This document shows, piece by piece, positions 9,629 to 21,823 of a stretch of DNA of 64,000 bases. The notes below the pieces were generated by a model. That model saw only the letters and a list, made by a program, of their open reading frames with translations, did not search any database and was not told the origin of the DNA. The position numbers and the translations under genes were made by a program. The stretch's first letter is position 1. Every line of letters begins with the position of its first letter. The DNA is from Chara braunii (lineage: Eukaryota; Plantae; Charophyceae). The DNA lies in assembly GCA_003427395.1 (NCBI GenBank), contig BFEA01000025.1, positions 2,305,151 through 2,369,150 of the forward strand, written 5' to 3'.

Positions 9629-12370
9629 TTGGAGCTACAATAGGCTCGGCTGGCTCGCATGATGCAAACGGCTTCTGGCATGAAAATATGGCAGAAGGCA
9701 AGTGGACATGCCTTCGGCCCTTCTTTTCAAAGACGCTCATACTCAGCCTCAAAAACTCCACTATGCTTTCGCGTGCTATGGTGATGGAGTCGTGCAAAGG
9801 TTGTTGATATTGTCAAACAGAATCAGGACATCATGCAGGTAAGGAAGTGTTCCTCACTATTACACTTATCGAGGCTTTGTATATACACACGCTATATAAT
9901 AAGGATGTTCCAGCAGCGGAATTGAGGGAAACAGAAAATTAAATAAGCAAAGATTAAAGACAGTTGTCGAATGTACTTGATAACAAACAGGAAATACTAA
10001 TTAGGTTGTTGTTTTGTCCTTTACATAAATGATTTTTTCCCTAAAAATCTTAATTTTTTGCACGCTTAAGTTTGAAAAATGAGTTGGTGATATTCAAGGT
10101 GGATCAATTACGATATTCATTCATAATATAGTAGTAAATAAAACCTATCCTTACTGTTATATTTGGAAAAAAAAAGGTTATAGAGTTTTATGATTTGCAT
10201 AGGATTTACTTGCCTTGTATTTTAAATAAGGTCATGTCAACAATAAAAACAAAAAGGTTGTATTATTTATAACTGATGTAAAAAATGGTTCAATCGTGTG
10301 ATCAAAAGAACATGCCATCTTTATAATGTTTAAGAAAATATATGGTACAACTAACTAAAAATATAAGACAAAGTTGGTAAGAATATATTAAGCTTTATGG
10401 TTACCATATAATTCAATTAACCCTTTTTGTATAAAAAATGACAACAAACAAATAATGATTTATGTAACTAATGAAAAATAAGTTATTAATTATATGTAGA
10501 CAACGGGTTATAGATAAATTGTTCAGAATCAAAATACAACTTTTAAATATGTACTAATATACAATGGTCAAAAAAATGTATCATCATTCATTGTATTTAA
10601 GAAATACTAAAGGACTCGATAAGGAATATTACAAGAAATTGTCACCACATTTAAAGTGTCACACATTGTACAAAAGATACATTGGACTCATATTTAAAAC
10701 AACATCATGCTTTAAATTAAATTGAAATAGTAGCGTAACACAAAATCAGTATGAGGGCAGCTAAAAATTATACGTAGAATATGAGTCACAGCAATAATAT
10801 CAAATTTTATTATCGAGTTAAAATTTGATAAAAATGATTTATTTTTTTTACAATTTAAGGTTTTTTACTCTTTTATGTTACAATTCACATAAAGCTTATG
10901 GTGAAATAATTAATAGACGATATTCTCAAGTTTTTACTTGTGATGATATTGAGTCCTTATTTCATTTTTTACTAATCATTGTCGATAATACAAATCAATA
11001 AAAAAAATAATATTAATATTAAATGTTAAAATTATTAACTTTTGGCCTATGTTACCAGAGTGGCTTGGGACCCCTTGCCGAACCAGGCAAAACAATTATT
11101 AAAAATAATAATAATAACTAGCTTTTCCGAGGTACCCGGTCGGGCACGTCTCGCCCGGATAGGAACCTCACCTGGGGTACCCTGGGCATGAAAAAAGTCC
11201 ACCAATTTTTTTTATTTTTTTTTTATCTGTGGGGTCTTGCTCGCTCTCCCAATAGTCCCAAAATTTGGCCTCATTTTTTTTTCAGGCATATAGGTTTCAG
11301 TGCGTCAAGGAGGGGTGAGGGTTAGGGGGAAGGGGAGGGGTTGCAAAAGCGGGGTAGATTAGCGGTTGCCCACTTCGCAGGAGGGGGACGGACACTATGG
11401 AGGAGGAGGAGGGAGGAAGACTAATAAGAAGGATGGGGGGAGAGAGAGACTATGGCAGAGGAATGAAGACTACTATAGAGGAAAAGAGAGGGAGTTGCAG
11501 TGGAGGAAAAAGAAAGGTAGACTACGTGGAGGGAGGTTAACTGGTGGAGGATGGAGGCGAGAGGGAGACTGTGAATGGAGAAAGGAGAAACGGAGAGCAT
11601 ATGGAGGGAGGAAGGAGAAAGGGAACCCCTATGGCGGATCCAGGAGGTGAAAGAAGAATCGCTATGGCAGAGGATGATGAAAAAAATGATGAAGAAAAAG
11701 TAAAAGAAGAAAAAGAATAGAAAAAGGCAAAAAAAAAATGAAAATAAGAAAACGAAGAACCGAAACGAGGAAGACGAGGAAGAAGAAGGAGATAATGATG
11801 GCGTGGATGGAGGGCCACAATGATCACATGGCTGGAAGGCAATGACGATGGCGCGGCAGGAGTGCAGCAGGGCAACGACCACGATGGCAAGGACGACCAC
11901 GACATGACCACGATGGCAAGGACAACATCAGCAAGGCAATGACAAACTAGCGCGGGCAATAGTCCGACGGAGGGCGCAGAGCCGCGCGCAAAGCCCCGAG
12001 ATTCGAATTCAAAATTTCGGGACTTCAGCGGCGTCGATCAATGCAGATCAACAGCTTAGGCAAAAAAAAAAAGACATAAAACAAGACCTACCTGACCCCG
12101 AAAATTTTTGTGTCTATTGAAAAAAAAAAAAAAAAAAAAAAAAATGAGTGGCCATCCTCGACGATTTTTTATTTTTGTTGGGTTTGGAAACACAACTTCC
12201 AAATGTATATGTATGCAGGGTAACTGGCCTTCGGGACGGGCCGAACGCCCGAACCCGAACCCTCGAACGTACGGTACACCTTGGGGATGCTTACGGTCGT
12301 TCGAGCCGAACGTGGACCAAAAAAAACATAATAATAAAAATAAAATATTTTAAAATTTTTTTAAAAAAAT

Positions 12371-12677
12371 TAGGCTACCAGAGTGGCCTGAGGCCACTTG
12401 CCCGGTCGGGGCAAAAAAATTAAAAAAAAAATAAAAGGATAAAAATAAATTTAAATTTTCTTAGCAAAAACTAAATATTTTTTATTTAAAATATGGTAAA
12501 ACATTTCGATGTGACCCTGAGGCAAAAGTTGTTCAGTTTATTTTTCGGCATAACATAGTTTGTTTTTGGATTTGTTTGAATTTTTTTTTTTTTTTTTTTT
12601 TGTAGGACCTTCCTTAGTCCTTGCACAGTCGGGCCGTCCGGGAAAATAGGGTAACCCGGGAGGCTCGGCAGGTAGCC
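12371..12677. mobile_element. CTAG-MITE copy nested in a larger TIR-family fragment (about 12218-12850)
   Basis: TAGGCTACCAGAGTGGCC ... CAGGTAGCC; same internal core. Confidence 0.8.
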
Positions 12678-13222
12678 CAAAAACAAACGATATAATATGA
12701 AGAAAAATAAACTAAATAACATTAATATGAGCATTACATCTAAATTCCTTATAAATTTTAAAATAAAAATAAAATACATAAAATAAAACTAATTATAAAA
12801 ATAAGAAAAAAATGAGTCAATGAGCACGTTTTCGACACCGCTGTCGGAGCAGAAACCCTTACAAGGGTATCTGCTCGGGTTTTTCAATGTCGGACGCCGT
12901 TCGACTTTTTCGTTAAATCAAGGAACTTGATGAGATTGATGTCTGCCAGAAGTTTATTCATACTTAGCCTACGAACGAGAAACTATAACTTTTATGAACT
13001 AGATGCTTGTGACGTCCGGGAATAATGGCGGTAATCCGCAGTGTGACCAGTCGTATGCGGTTTCTAGTAGGGCCGCGAAGGCACACAGTCGAGGCTAAGA
13101 CCCATCCTACCTAAAATAATGACGCGTGGCTGCTAAGCCGCGCGACGAGCTTAAAAGGGCCAAAAAGGTTGACCACGTTATGCCACAACACAAAAGTCGA
13201 GATTCAGACCTAATATTTTTAA

Positions 13223-13292
13223 GGGTTCCCTTACCGGGATTCGAACCAACAGCGGTATGCCGAGGGGGGGCATGCGTCCTACCCTACGGAGA
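13223..13292 (-). pseudogene. Degenerate tRNA-derived sequence (tRNA-Glu/Asp-like 3' half; possible SINE head)
   Basis: Minus strand: ...GTAGGGTAGGACGC-ATGCC-CCCCCTC-GGCAT-ACCGCTG-TTGGTTCGAATCCCGGTAAGGGAACC; B-box and a 5-bp/7-nt anticodon-like arm; acceptor and T stems are poor. Confidence 0.45.
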
Positions 13293-16200
13293 TGGGTGCA
13301 TGTTTGTCTCAGGCAGTCGGAAGGGGCAGGCAAAGGTCTGATGGCTGTGTGCCGTCTATTCCCACTTGGCATAGCCCTTCCTATCGAAGGGCTGCTCCTA
13401 TTTGGTGTGAAATATGAGCTAGCCCAGTAAGATAGCATGCCAGGATCTCACCCGACGGATACTGGAATCGAACCGGACGATGCATCAGAGTGGGCATGAG
13501 GAGCGACAAATTTCGGTCGTGAGATCGCCAGATCTCACGACCAGATATGGCTGCTCGGCTATTGCATGGCCCCTGAGGAAGGATAACATGCATAAATTGA
13601 GAAATTGTCCATAATTGTTCGATTCCATAAGGGGAATCAAACACGGGTTCAATAGGCGTTTTAACCCTGCGTCCCGAATTTCTTCCTAGAGCGAGAGAGC
13701 CCTCAGACTCAGAATCAGAACGACTACCTTGGACCTCTACATGAAGGAACAACTTAAACGAATTAGGAATGCAGATGAGGAAGGAGTCAAAGTCGAGACT
13801 TGTTCGGACAAGAAATAGGTCGAGAGAGTCATTCGGGATAGAAAGGAAACATCGGGGATAACTAAGTTTATTATCTCTCGTTCTTTTATATTCCGCTTCT
13901 TTTTCGACCTCGGTTACTTTTCCCATTCATAATCCGGTTGTGCCCTATCAGACAGGTGAAAACATCACAAAGAAAACATTCAACATTTTCACTATTTCAA
14001 TCAGTAAAACTTGAATTTCTCTTCCCAGTACTTTTCCCCTTTCACACACCTGCATGCAGAGCAAAGTCAACATTCAACGAGTTCAACCACAAAAGCATCA
14101 TCCGAGTCAAACCCAGAGTCCCACACAAGCGTGCCTCTCACACCTTCCTTCCTTTAAACCTTTCCCTGAGCACCCAAAACAAAAAGAGAAGGGTCATACA
14201 ACGTGTGGGTGCACACAGGTGTGAGGGATCCATGCCAACCACTTACCTTGAGTAGCGTAAGTTACTAGTCCCAGTCGACAACCAACTCACTAGTATTTTT
14301 TGCGGCAATTTCAGATGCAAAGGCGACAAGTCCCACTTAGCTCCAAGCAGTCCCACGTCTGCGCCAAATAGTTTTAAGTGGTCTACGTTGGTACCAACTG
14401 GTACCGAGTGGTTCGCAGCGATACCCACTACTCTAAAGTAATCCCAGGTGGTCCCACGTCCTCCTTTCTCACTTCCAGATGATGTCGTTTGTCAAAACAG
14501 CCTCTCCTGGTTCTCACAAAAATTAAAGGACCATCTAACTCACTCACGTGCCCCACCGGTCCCACTGGTCCCACCTAGACAATGCACGATGTCCCGCCTT
14601 CTGTTGACGTCGAGGAAAAAATAAAATGTCCCCTCCCACTAGTTTTCACTAAATAGCGGTATTTTATGACGTCGCTATCGACAACCAATACTTTCCTTCC
14701 ACTTAGTTTGACCTGACGGCCTTGAATTTCGGCAGCATAACACTGCCAAAATTATCACTGTTTGCGTCAGAAATTTTCGGCAACACTTTCCCACAGTAGC
14801 GGGGGAAATAGCTTGTCGTTATTTTGTTGACCCTGGTGCCGCCGCTAATAACTTTGTCATCCGCCTCTTACTGCCGTAAAAATTCGGCACGCAGGTGAAA
14901 AAACAGCTTGTCGTAGACTTGGTCTACGGTACCGCCGTCAACAACTTTGCCGCCTCTTACCCGCCGTGGTAAAATTTTGGCAGCCTCTAAAGTGGGAAAA
15001 ATGGCTGGCCAAAATTAGTAAAATTTGGGGCATAGGCCCAAATTACACTCTGCCACACCATCGTAGTCCCACAGCATCCCTGGGTCAGAACCGTGGGACC
15101 AGCACCAGCCAGAGGGGAGGGGTGCAGAGTGTTTCCTGCCTTGGCTATGGCTACCCAACTCCTTTCCTCGCGCTCCTCTGCAGATCTATAGCCTCCCCCC
15201 ACGTTGCCTTAGGCAGCACCTCCAGCAGCCAGCAACACTCAAGTGTGCTCGTCACACACTGGCATCACGAGTGCTTTGTGTAGTAGCTGGGGGACAGTTG
15301 CCTGTTCTATAGTGGCTGAGGAGGGCTGGACGTCACTCCAGCCCCAGGCAAAATCGCGTGCTCACAGTGAGCCCTTGATCTGGCCAAGATTCAGGGCTAA
15401 CTGCGGCCACACCTCAGCCACGGCCTTAGTGAGGGCAGTTTCTTTAACTGCCCTCATTTTCTTTTTCTTTTCTTTTGCCCAGTTATCTCGGAATTTCACG
15501 AGGTAGCTGGCCTTTTGTCATTTCCAAAAGTGTTTTTCTTTTATTTTTCTGATAAGGGGTTGAAGAGATACAACCTCTTTCAGTTTGATGTATCTGGACC
15601 CTTTTTCCATGGCAAATACATCGCGGAGAAGGTTGTACTTAGCCTTTTCCTTTTATGACCCCTCAATTTTCAGGCTCCCTCTAAAAACGGGAGCCTGACA
15701 GTTAACTCTGGTAGCTTCTGCCAGAGGTAGCACCACCTGAGGACAAGTGTCCTCACACGAAATAAAGAAAAACAATCGGAAAGAAAAATAAAAATAAAGC
15801 TAATTCTAACTATACTGCACATGACCCTTACCTCAACCAAGTGCATGATCTTGCATGCAACGGCCCTCCCACCTTTTGCTTTGCCCTCCCCTGAAAACAG
15901 GGAGGGTGGTTGTCAGTTTGGGAGGAGTAGGACCTCCCCCTCCCATCTCTCACGTTCCTCCTCTCTTCCCAACCCCTTCAATCCGTCCTTTACGGGGGTA
16001 CTGTGGGCCGCGAGATTCAATATCTTACGACCACAGTAAGTCTTCCCAAAACGAAATGGGAGCATTTGTGCTCCCACATAGTCTAAAAGACTGTTCTTCT
16101 TTCTTTTGTTCTCACGAGGTTGTTGCCTCGTTCATTTTTCTTTTTATTTTTTATTATTTTTTTTTATACAGTTTTAGCTTGTTTCATCCCTTTCCGTTTT

Positions 16201-16370
16201 CTTTTGCTGGTTGTGTCCCAATGATTGCGAACTGGGAGGAAGAAAACGAAAAAAAAAAAAAAAAAAAAACTTGCATGCGAATGATGTGCTAACGCCCTAA
16301 AAAACGGGCGTCTGCACACCCCCACAACTTGGGGGTAGATTCATTCAATTTTTTTCATCCTTAGTTGTAG

Positions 16371-16372
16371 GG

Positions 16373-16413
<41 letters not shown>
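16371..16413. repeat. (GTT)n microsatellite
   Basis: Direct reading. Confidence 0.95.
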
Positions 16414-16414
<1 letters not shown>

Positions 16415-16544
16415 CTGTCGCAGGTTGGGAGTTTTCGCCTGTTCGTTGAGAACGAACGGGTACATCAAATGAGAAAAGGAGGACGAGGGGAAAATAAGAA
16501 TCTAAAAAAAAAAAATCTAAGAAAATCTAAAAAAAAATAAAGAA

Positions 16545-16582
<38 letters not shown>

Positions 16583-16619
16583 GGCGCATAAAAAAAAAAT
16601 ACTATAAGTCTCTTTTTTT

Positions 16620-16662
<43 letters not shown>

Positions 16663-17592
16663 ATGATGTCGTTGGCATAAGCCAACGGCCACAGTAACCT
16701 CCGCCAGCCTTGCTGGCATTTCCCCCCCCACTTGCCTTCCGATATGTAGACCCAGGTACGATTCCTATCGGGGAATCAAAAAATTTGGACCATTTGCTCG
16801 ATTTACGGGTGCCATCCTCGTGTAGGGGCTGTGCTATAGTCGCGCGGCCGTTCTCAGCCGCGAGATCAGGAAATGACCACGCTTCAATCACGGGAGCTAG
16901 TCTCGTCGCCCTTCTACTTGAAGGGTAACAACCCAGCAGGTCGCCGGGTTCAGGCCAACGGGCAACTCTAAAAAGGAGCTACCCCGGTAGGTCATCGTCA
17001 AATTTGATCCCAGTGTCAATTGGGTGGAAGTTCTGTGCGATACCTACTGGGCTAGCTCCTATCGCGAAAGTTATCCCTGCCGCTCTTCTATTTGAAGAGC
17101 TGCGGCCCAGTAGGCCGCTTATTCCCTGGCGCAGGCCGGCGCAATAATGCCTTCCTCTTTTCTGCGCAGATGCATTCTGCCTACCTCGTTTAAAGTCAGT
17201 CGCCCTGCCACCGGATCACCCGGTTTTGGTCCAGTAGGCCTGGCAATCCACCTCTCTTCCTCGTGGTTTGCCTTGGACCCCTGACGTTCATCTTTCTAGA
17301 AATAACACGACAGTCTAGCCGCGTTAGCTCTTCTCATTGTCGCCATACCCCTCACGGGGCTATATTTTTCGTTTTTTTAGTCATGAATTGCGTGGTTATC
17401 AAAGTTATATTTATTTTAGTATTTTCTCAATCATTTTATCTCTTTCCGACCTTATTTCAGTGTAAGAGTGCCCGGTTGAGTCGAAATACAGTTCAACAGC
17501 GTTTTCATTTCATCAAACCAAATCTTTTCAAAACAAACTTACTTCAGTGTTTGGACATCGTCCGACATTGAAAAAATACATGGCAGATACCC

Positions 17593-19704
17593 TTGTCAGG
17601 GTTTCTGTCCCGACACCACGTACTCAAAGATTGTAAAACATGGTTCAAGTGCGGGGGATCGCTTGTAATCCAGTATATCGTCTCATGGAAACCCAAGTGT
17701 CATTTTCAGAAATGCCTGTTGATCTCCCTCCTGAAAAATTCACGTGTCATCGAAAGAATTGTGAAGTGGGACATGCGCTCTATACTTCGATTATATAATG
17801 TTATCAAAGACTTCTCGAACAGGTCAACGAGGAAGTATCTTTGTAGGTTGATCTCTCAAATTGTTTTGAATAAGTTTGGTCTTAGTCTGAGTGTTGTCTT
17901 GCTAATCAGAGTCAAATTTGATGACAGAATTAGCATTTGTGAATTACGTAAGGTAACTAATGACATTTTTATCAGTTATGACTTACCCTCTTTCTTCTTA
18001 CGTAGGGCTCGAAGGAAGACTCCGATCGTCGGGAAGAAAAATCGAATGGTTGGCGAGTTGTTGTACAATCACAGGGAATTGAGTACTTGTAATGTGTCGA
18101 CCTATCGCTTTACAGAACTCCCCTTGGCACGTATGGATAGGCACGTGCACTTTCATTTGAAGAAGGCTTTCGTGGATCACCATCTGTTAACCAATGCTAA
18201 TAACATTGCAATTGCACATAAGTCTGACGGAGTGTTGGCTTTGAGCTCGGACGTTGAAAAAGGTTTTGGGAGTTGGAGAAACGTTCAGGTAAGCTATCTC
18301 GCATATCGATTAATGTGTAGTCATCTTGTATGATCTCATATAGTGATGCAGGATGCTCTCGATTCTATACTCGTGATGTCATGAAGTTGAAACAACAATT
18401 TGATGGGTTGGTTCTTACTCCCCTCGATCGTGTAACCGGGGGCAGTTGTTGTGATGTGCCCAAACATCTATTACGAGGTGATGATGAATACGTTCGTCAG
18501 AAACCCGAGGTACACGATTGTTTCTGTTATGGAATCTGGGGTACTGCGTGAAGTAAGGGAGAACATGATGCCGGTTGGGCTGCAGAAGTTCGTCCGTTGG
18601 GACAACTCTGGATCGGTGGGCTCAACCTATGTTATGCCTAAAGATAAGGATCTGACAAGGTATCGCCCTATCTGCCCTTCCTATAATGAACCCATGGTTC
18701 GCATTGGGAGGGTTGTTGCTACGGGACTGAATTTCCTTTTGTCAAGAATGCCTACCAATTGTCATTTCAACTTTCCGGTTGTCTCGCAGCTGACGACGAA
18801 ATTGAACCATGCTAGTTCTAGGGTATACTGACTTGGACGTCCGACTAGTCTCACTGCAGATTGCTATGATATTAAGAATATGTTTAGCAGATTACCCCAT
18901 GCTGATATCGTGAATGTGGCACGATGGTTACTAGACCCTCATTCGAGGAAGGGCCAACATTTTGTCAGAGTCAACACGAGAGGTCGTGGTGCTTCTTTCG
19001 GTAGCACTTCTGGAGCCGATCATTGGAGGATAATAGAGTTTGGTGACCTGCTAAAGTTGCAGCACACCTACACTTACACCACGACTGTTTTGCTCAGACA
19101 GGATGTTGGGATACCTATTGGAAAGAGTACTAGCCCTCCGTTGACATGTATTTTGTGCGCTTATGCGGAGTGTATATTCTTGAATAGTCTGGGACGTTAT
19201 GCCCGTTATGAGTTTGGCATCCAGCTGGTTGATGATTTAACGTTTGTAATTGCATCCCTCTCCGGAGAAACTTTGGAATGGGTGCTGCAATGTTTTTCGA
19301 AGTGCTACCCGCCGAATCTCACCTTGAAACAAACTGATGCGGGGGATAGTAATTTGTACTTCCTGGGCTGTGAGGTTAGGTGCTCCAACACCTACATTCG
19401 GAATGTTCAACTTTCGCGTAACGAGACTAGCTTGTGGACACTGGACAATCAAGAATTCTAAACGGGGCAGTCCTTCTCATGGGGTACTAAGCAGCAAAAA
19501 AGTGCAGCGATTGGTAGATACCTCCACCGGATCGATCAGAACACCGCAATTCGAAGTGATATTATTGGGCGAGCGCTGTCATTAAGACTCGAACTAAGAA
19601 GGAAGGACGTCCCGGCTAGCTTTTTCGAGAGAAGTCCGCAAACATTTGCGTTTCGGCGAGGCTTGATTTGGAAGCAGACTATGAAACTAGTGACGGGTTG
19701 GTGA
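17593..19704 (+). mobile_element. Decayed Penelope-like retroelement RT ORF (5'-truncated, frameshifts and stops)
   Basis: RT motifs in order: VMPKDKDLTRYRPI, CYDIKNMFSRLPH, LLRQDVGIPIGKSTSPPL, IQLVDDL, YFLGC, then a thumb-like region ending in TGA at 19702-19704 with no downstream GIY-YIG. Confidence 0.8.
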
Positions 19705-19987
19705 GCATTTAGACAGGGTTTTGTCACTTCCACCTAGTATCGTAGTGTGGTTTTTCGAGTGAAGTCGTCGCATATAGTTGGCACTACTGTAATTTTGTCC
19801 TTTGGTTGAGATTTGCCTTTGTACCCTCGGACGAGTGGACTTTTCGACTACGTCGCTTCATGAGGGACTAGTTCATGACTCTTCAGGCGGTCCTGGGCTT
19901 TACTCTGAGTCTGATTGTTTTAACAAATAGAACCTTTGTTTTTTTTTTTAACGTAGGACATCTGGACCGGGGCGGTACGAGGCCCGG

Positions 19988-20509
19988 TAGTGGGTAGCAT
20001 ATTTTGGACACAACACCATGCATACCTATACTATATAGTGTGTGATTACGACTGTCTCAATCTCTTACGATGCACTCACTGCCATCCGCGGCGATGATCG
20101 TTGGGTACGTGGATAAATGGTTGTTGAATGTAAAAAATATAGGTTGTTTAAAATCGATAGTCGTCTTGCCAAAAATATTCAATTGTTGTTTGAATGGTGT
20201 AGTCAAATAGTTGAAAAACAAAAACACAATTCTCAGCTAAAAAATTGAGGCCTTTGGTCGGTGGCGTTATCTCATTGGAGTATAGCCAAGTGGAAAGGCA
20301 TCGGTTTTTGATACCGACATGCAAAGGTTTGAATCCTTTTAGTCGAGCGATTAATTCCAATTCAGTTATTATTTTGAAAGCTGACGTATTATAGTGGGTA
20401 GCATATTTTGGACACAACACCATGCATACACATACTATATAGTGTATGATTACGACTGTCTCAATCTCTTACAATACACTCACCCGCGATGATGATCGTT
20501 GGGTACGTG
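19988..20509. repeat. ~120-bp direct repeats (19988-20110 and 20392-20509) around a ~280-bp spacer
   Basis: TAGTGGGTAGCATATTTTGGACACAACACCATGCATAC...GATCGTTGGGTACGTG twice. Confidence 0.9.
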
Positions 20510-20776
20510 AAATGTTTCGGTGGTCCTTAGGGAAGTGCAATGTTAAAAGGTTGTAACGAGGTTCTTTCTTACGCACTATACTGTTTAGTCACCCGCTTCC
20601 GTGTGTGTTGACTTGACTCCCTTATATGTACTTGAAATGTGATATGATGATATGATGACGCCCGTGCTATCCGGGCGCGAGCAAAAAAACAAACTTTTTT
20701 TTTTTTTTTGCCTTTCTGCACTCTCCTAGAAGGCCCCAAATCCGGGTTCGTTTCCTTTTTTGAGAGTTGGCTATCA

Positions 20777-20962
<186 letters not shown>

Positions 20963-21823
20963 TTAAACGGGCTACGAATGGTTAAAGAGAATCCTTTCGT
21001 GTGGCTTTGTTTTTTTTTATCTCCGATTCGGAGAGGAATTCCGATTTGACCCTGAGCCAAAAGTTGTTTGTATTGCAATTCTACACAACATATTTATTTT
21101 CTGGAATTTTTAAACTTTTATTTTTATTTATTATTATTATTATTTTGCCCGGCCGGACACCCAAGCGTTTATCCGACAGAGCACAAGTTAGGTACCCGGG
21201 CTCCCAAAAAAACAACCTAGAACTGGACTACTTTACCTCACATTAAACTTCTTTATAAAAATTAAAATAAAAAATAAAACAAAAATATATTAATAATCTC
21301 TCACTGTTACCGACTCATATATACATACAGTGAGACTCAAACGAAACAATTTGTCAAAACCCCTCGTTTGTTGTCCTCATCTGCCCTCTCTGCTGACAAT
21401 TTAATGTACAATGTTGTTTCATAATACATATATGTATAGATATACACGTTTACCAGCCCATACGTACAAAGGTCCCCAGGCCGACCTCCGTACGTACGTG
21501 CGTTCGCGGTCCCGTTTGGGGTCCGAACACGAAGACGTTCGGTCCTGACCAAAAATCCTTTCAAGGCGTAAAAATAAATATTTTTTTCTGCATTGTTTTC
21601 TTTAGGTTCTCTATGATGTGAGGTAAATTTTGAAGTTATTTGTTTAGCCAACAAAAAAACACAAATCGCCAAAGATGCCGGTGTCAAAACGTTTTTCAAT
21701 TTTTACTTTTTTTTCACTTTACTTCAAGCCTAAAATAATTTATTATTATTATTAAATAAATTTAATCATTTTCGTATTATGTGAAGGACACATCTATAAT
21801 TTTTCAAAGCATATGGTTCTACC

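Noticed and set aside
9213-9807. Possible MULE/SWIM transposase remnant
   Set aside because: No intact CxC...CxH or DDE motif recognisable.
13223-13292. Functional tRNA gene
   Set aside because: Acceptor and T stems do not pair and U33 is missing; kept only as a tRNA-derived remnant.
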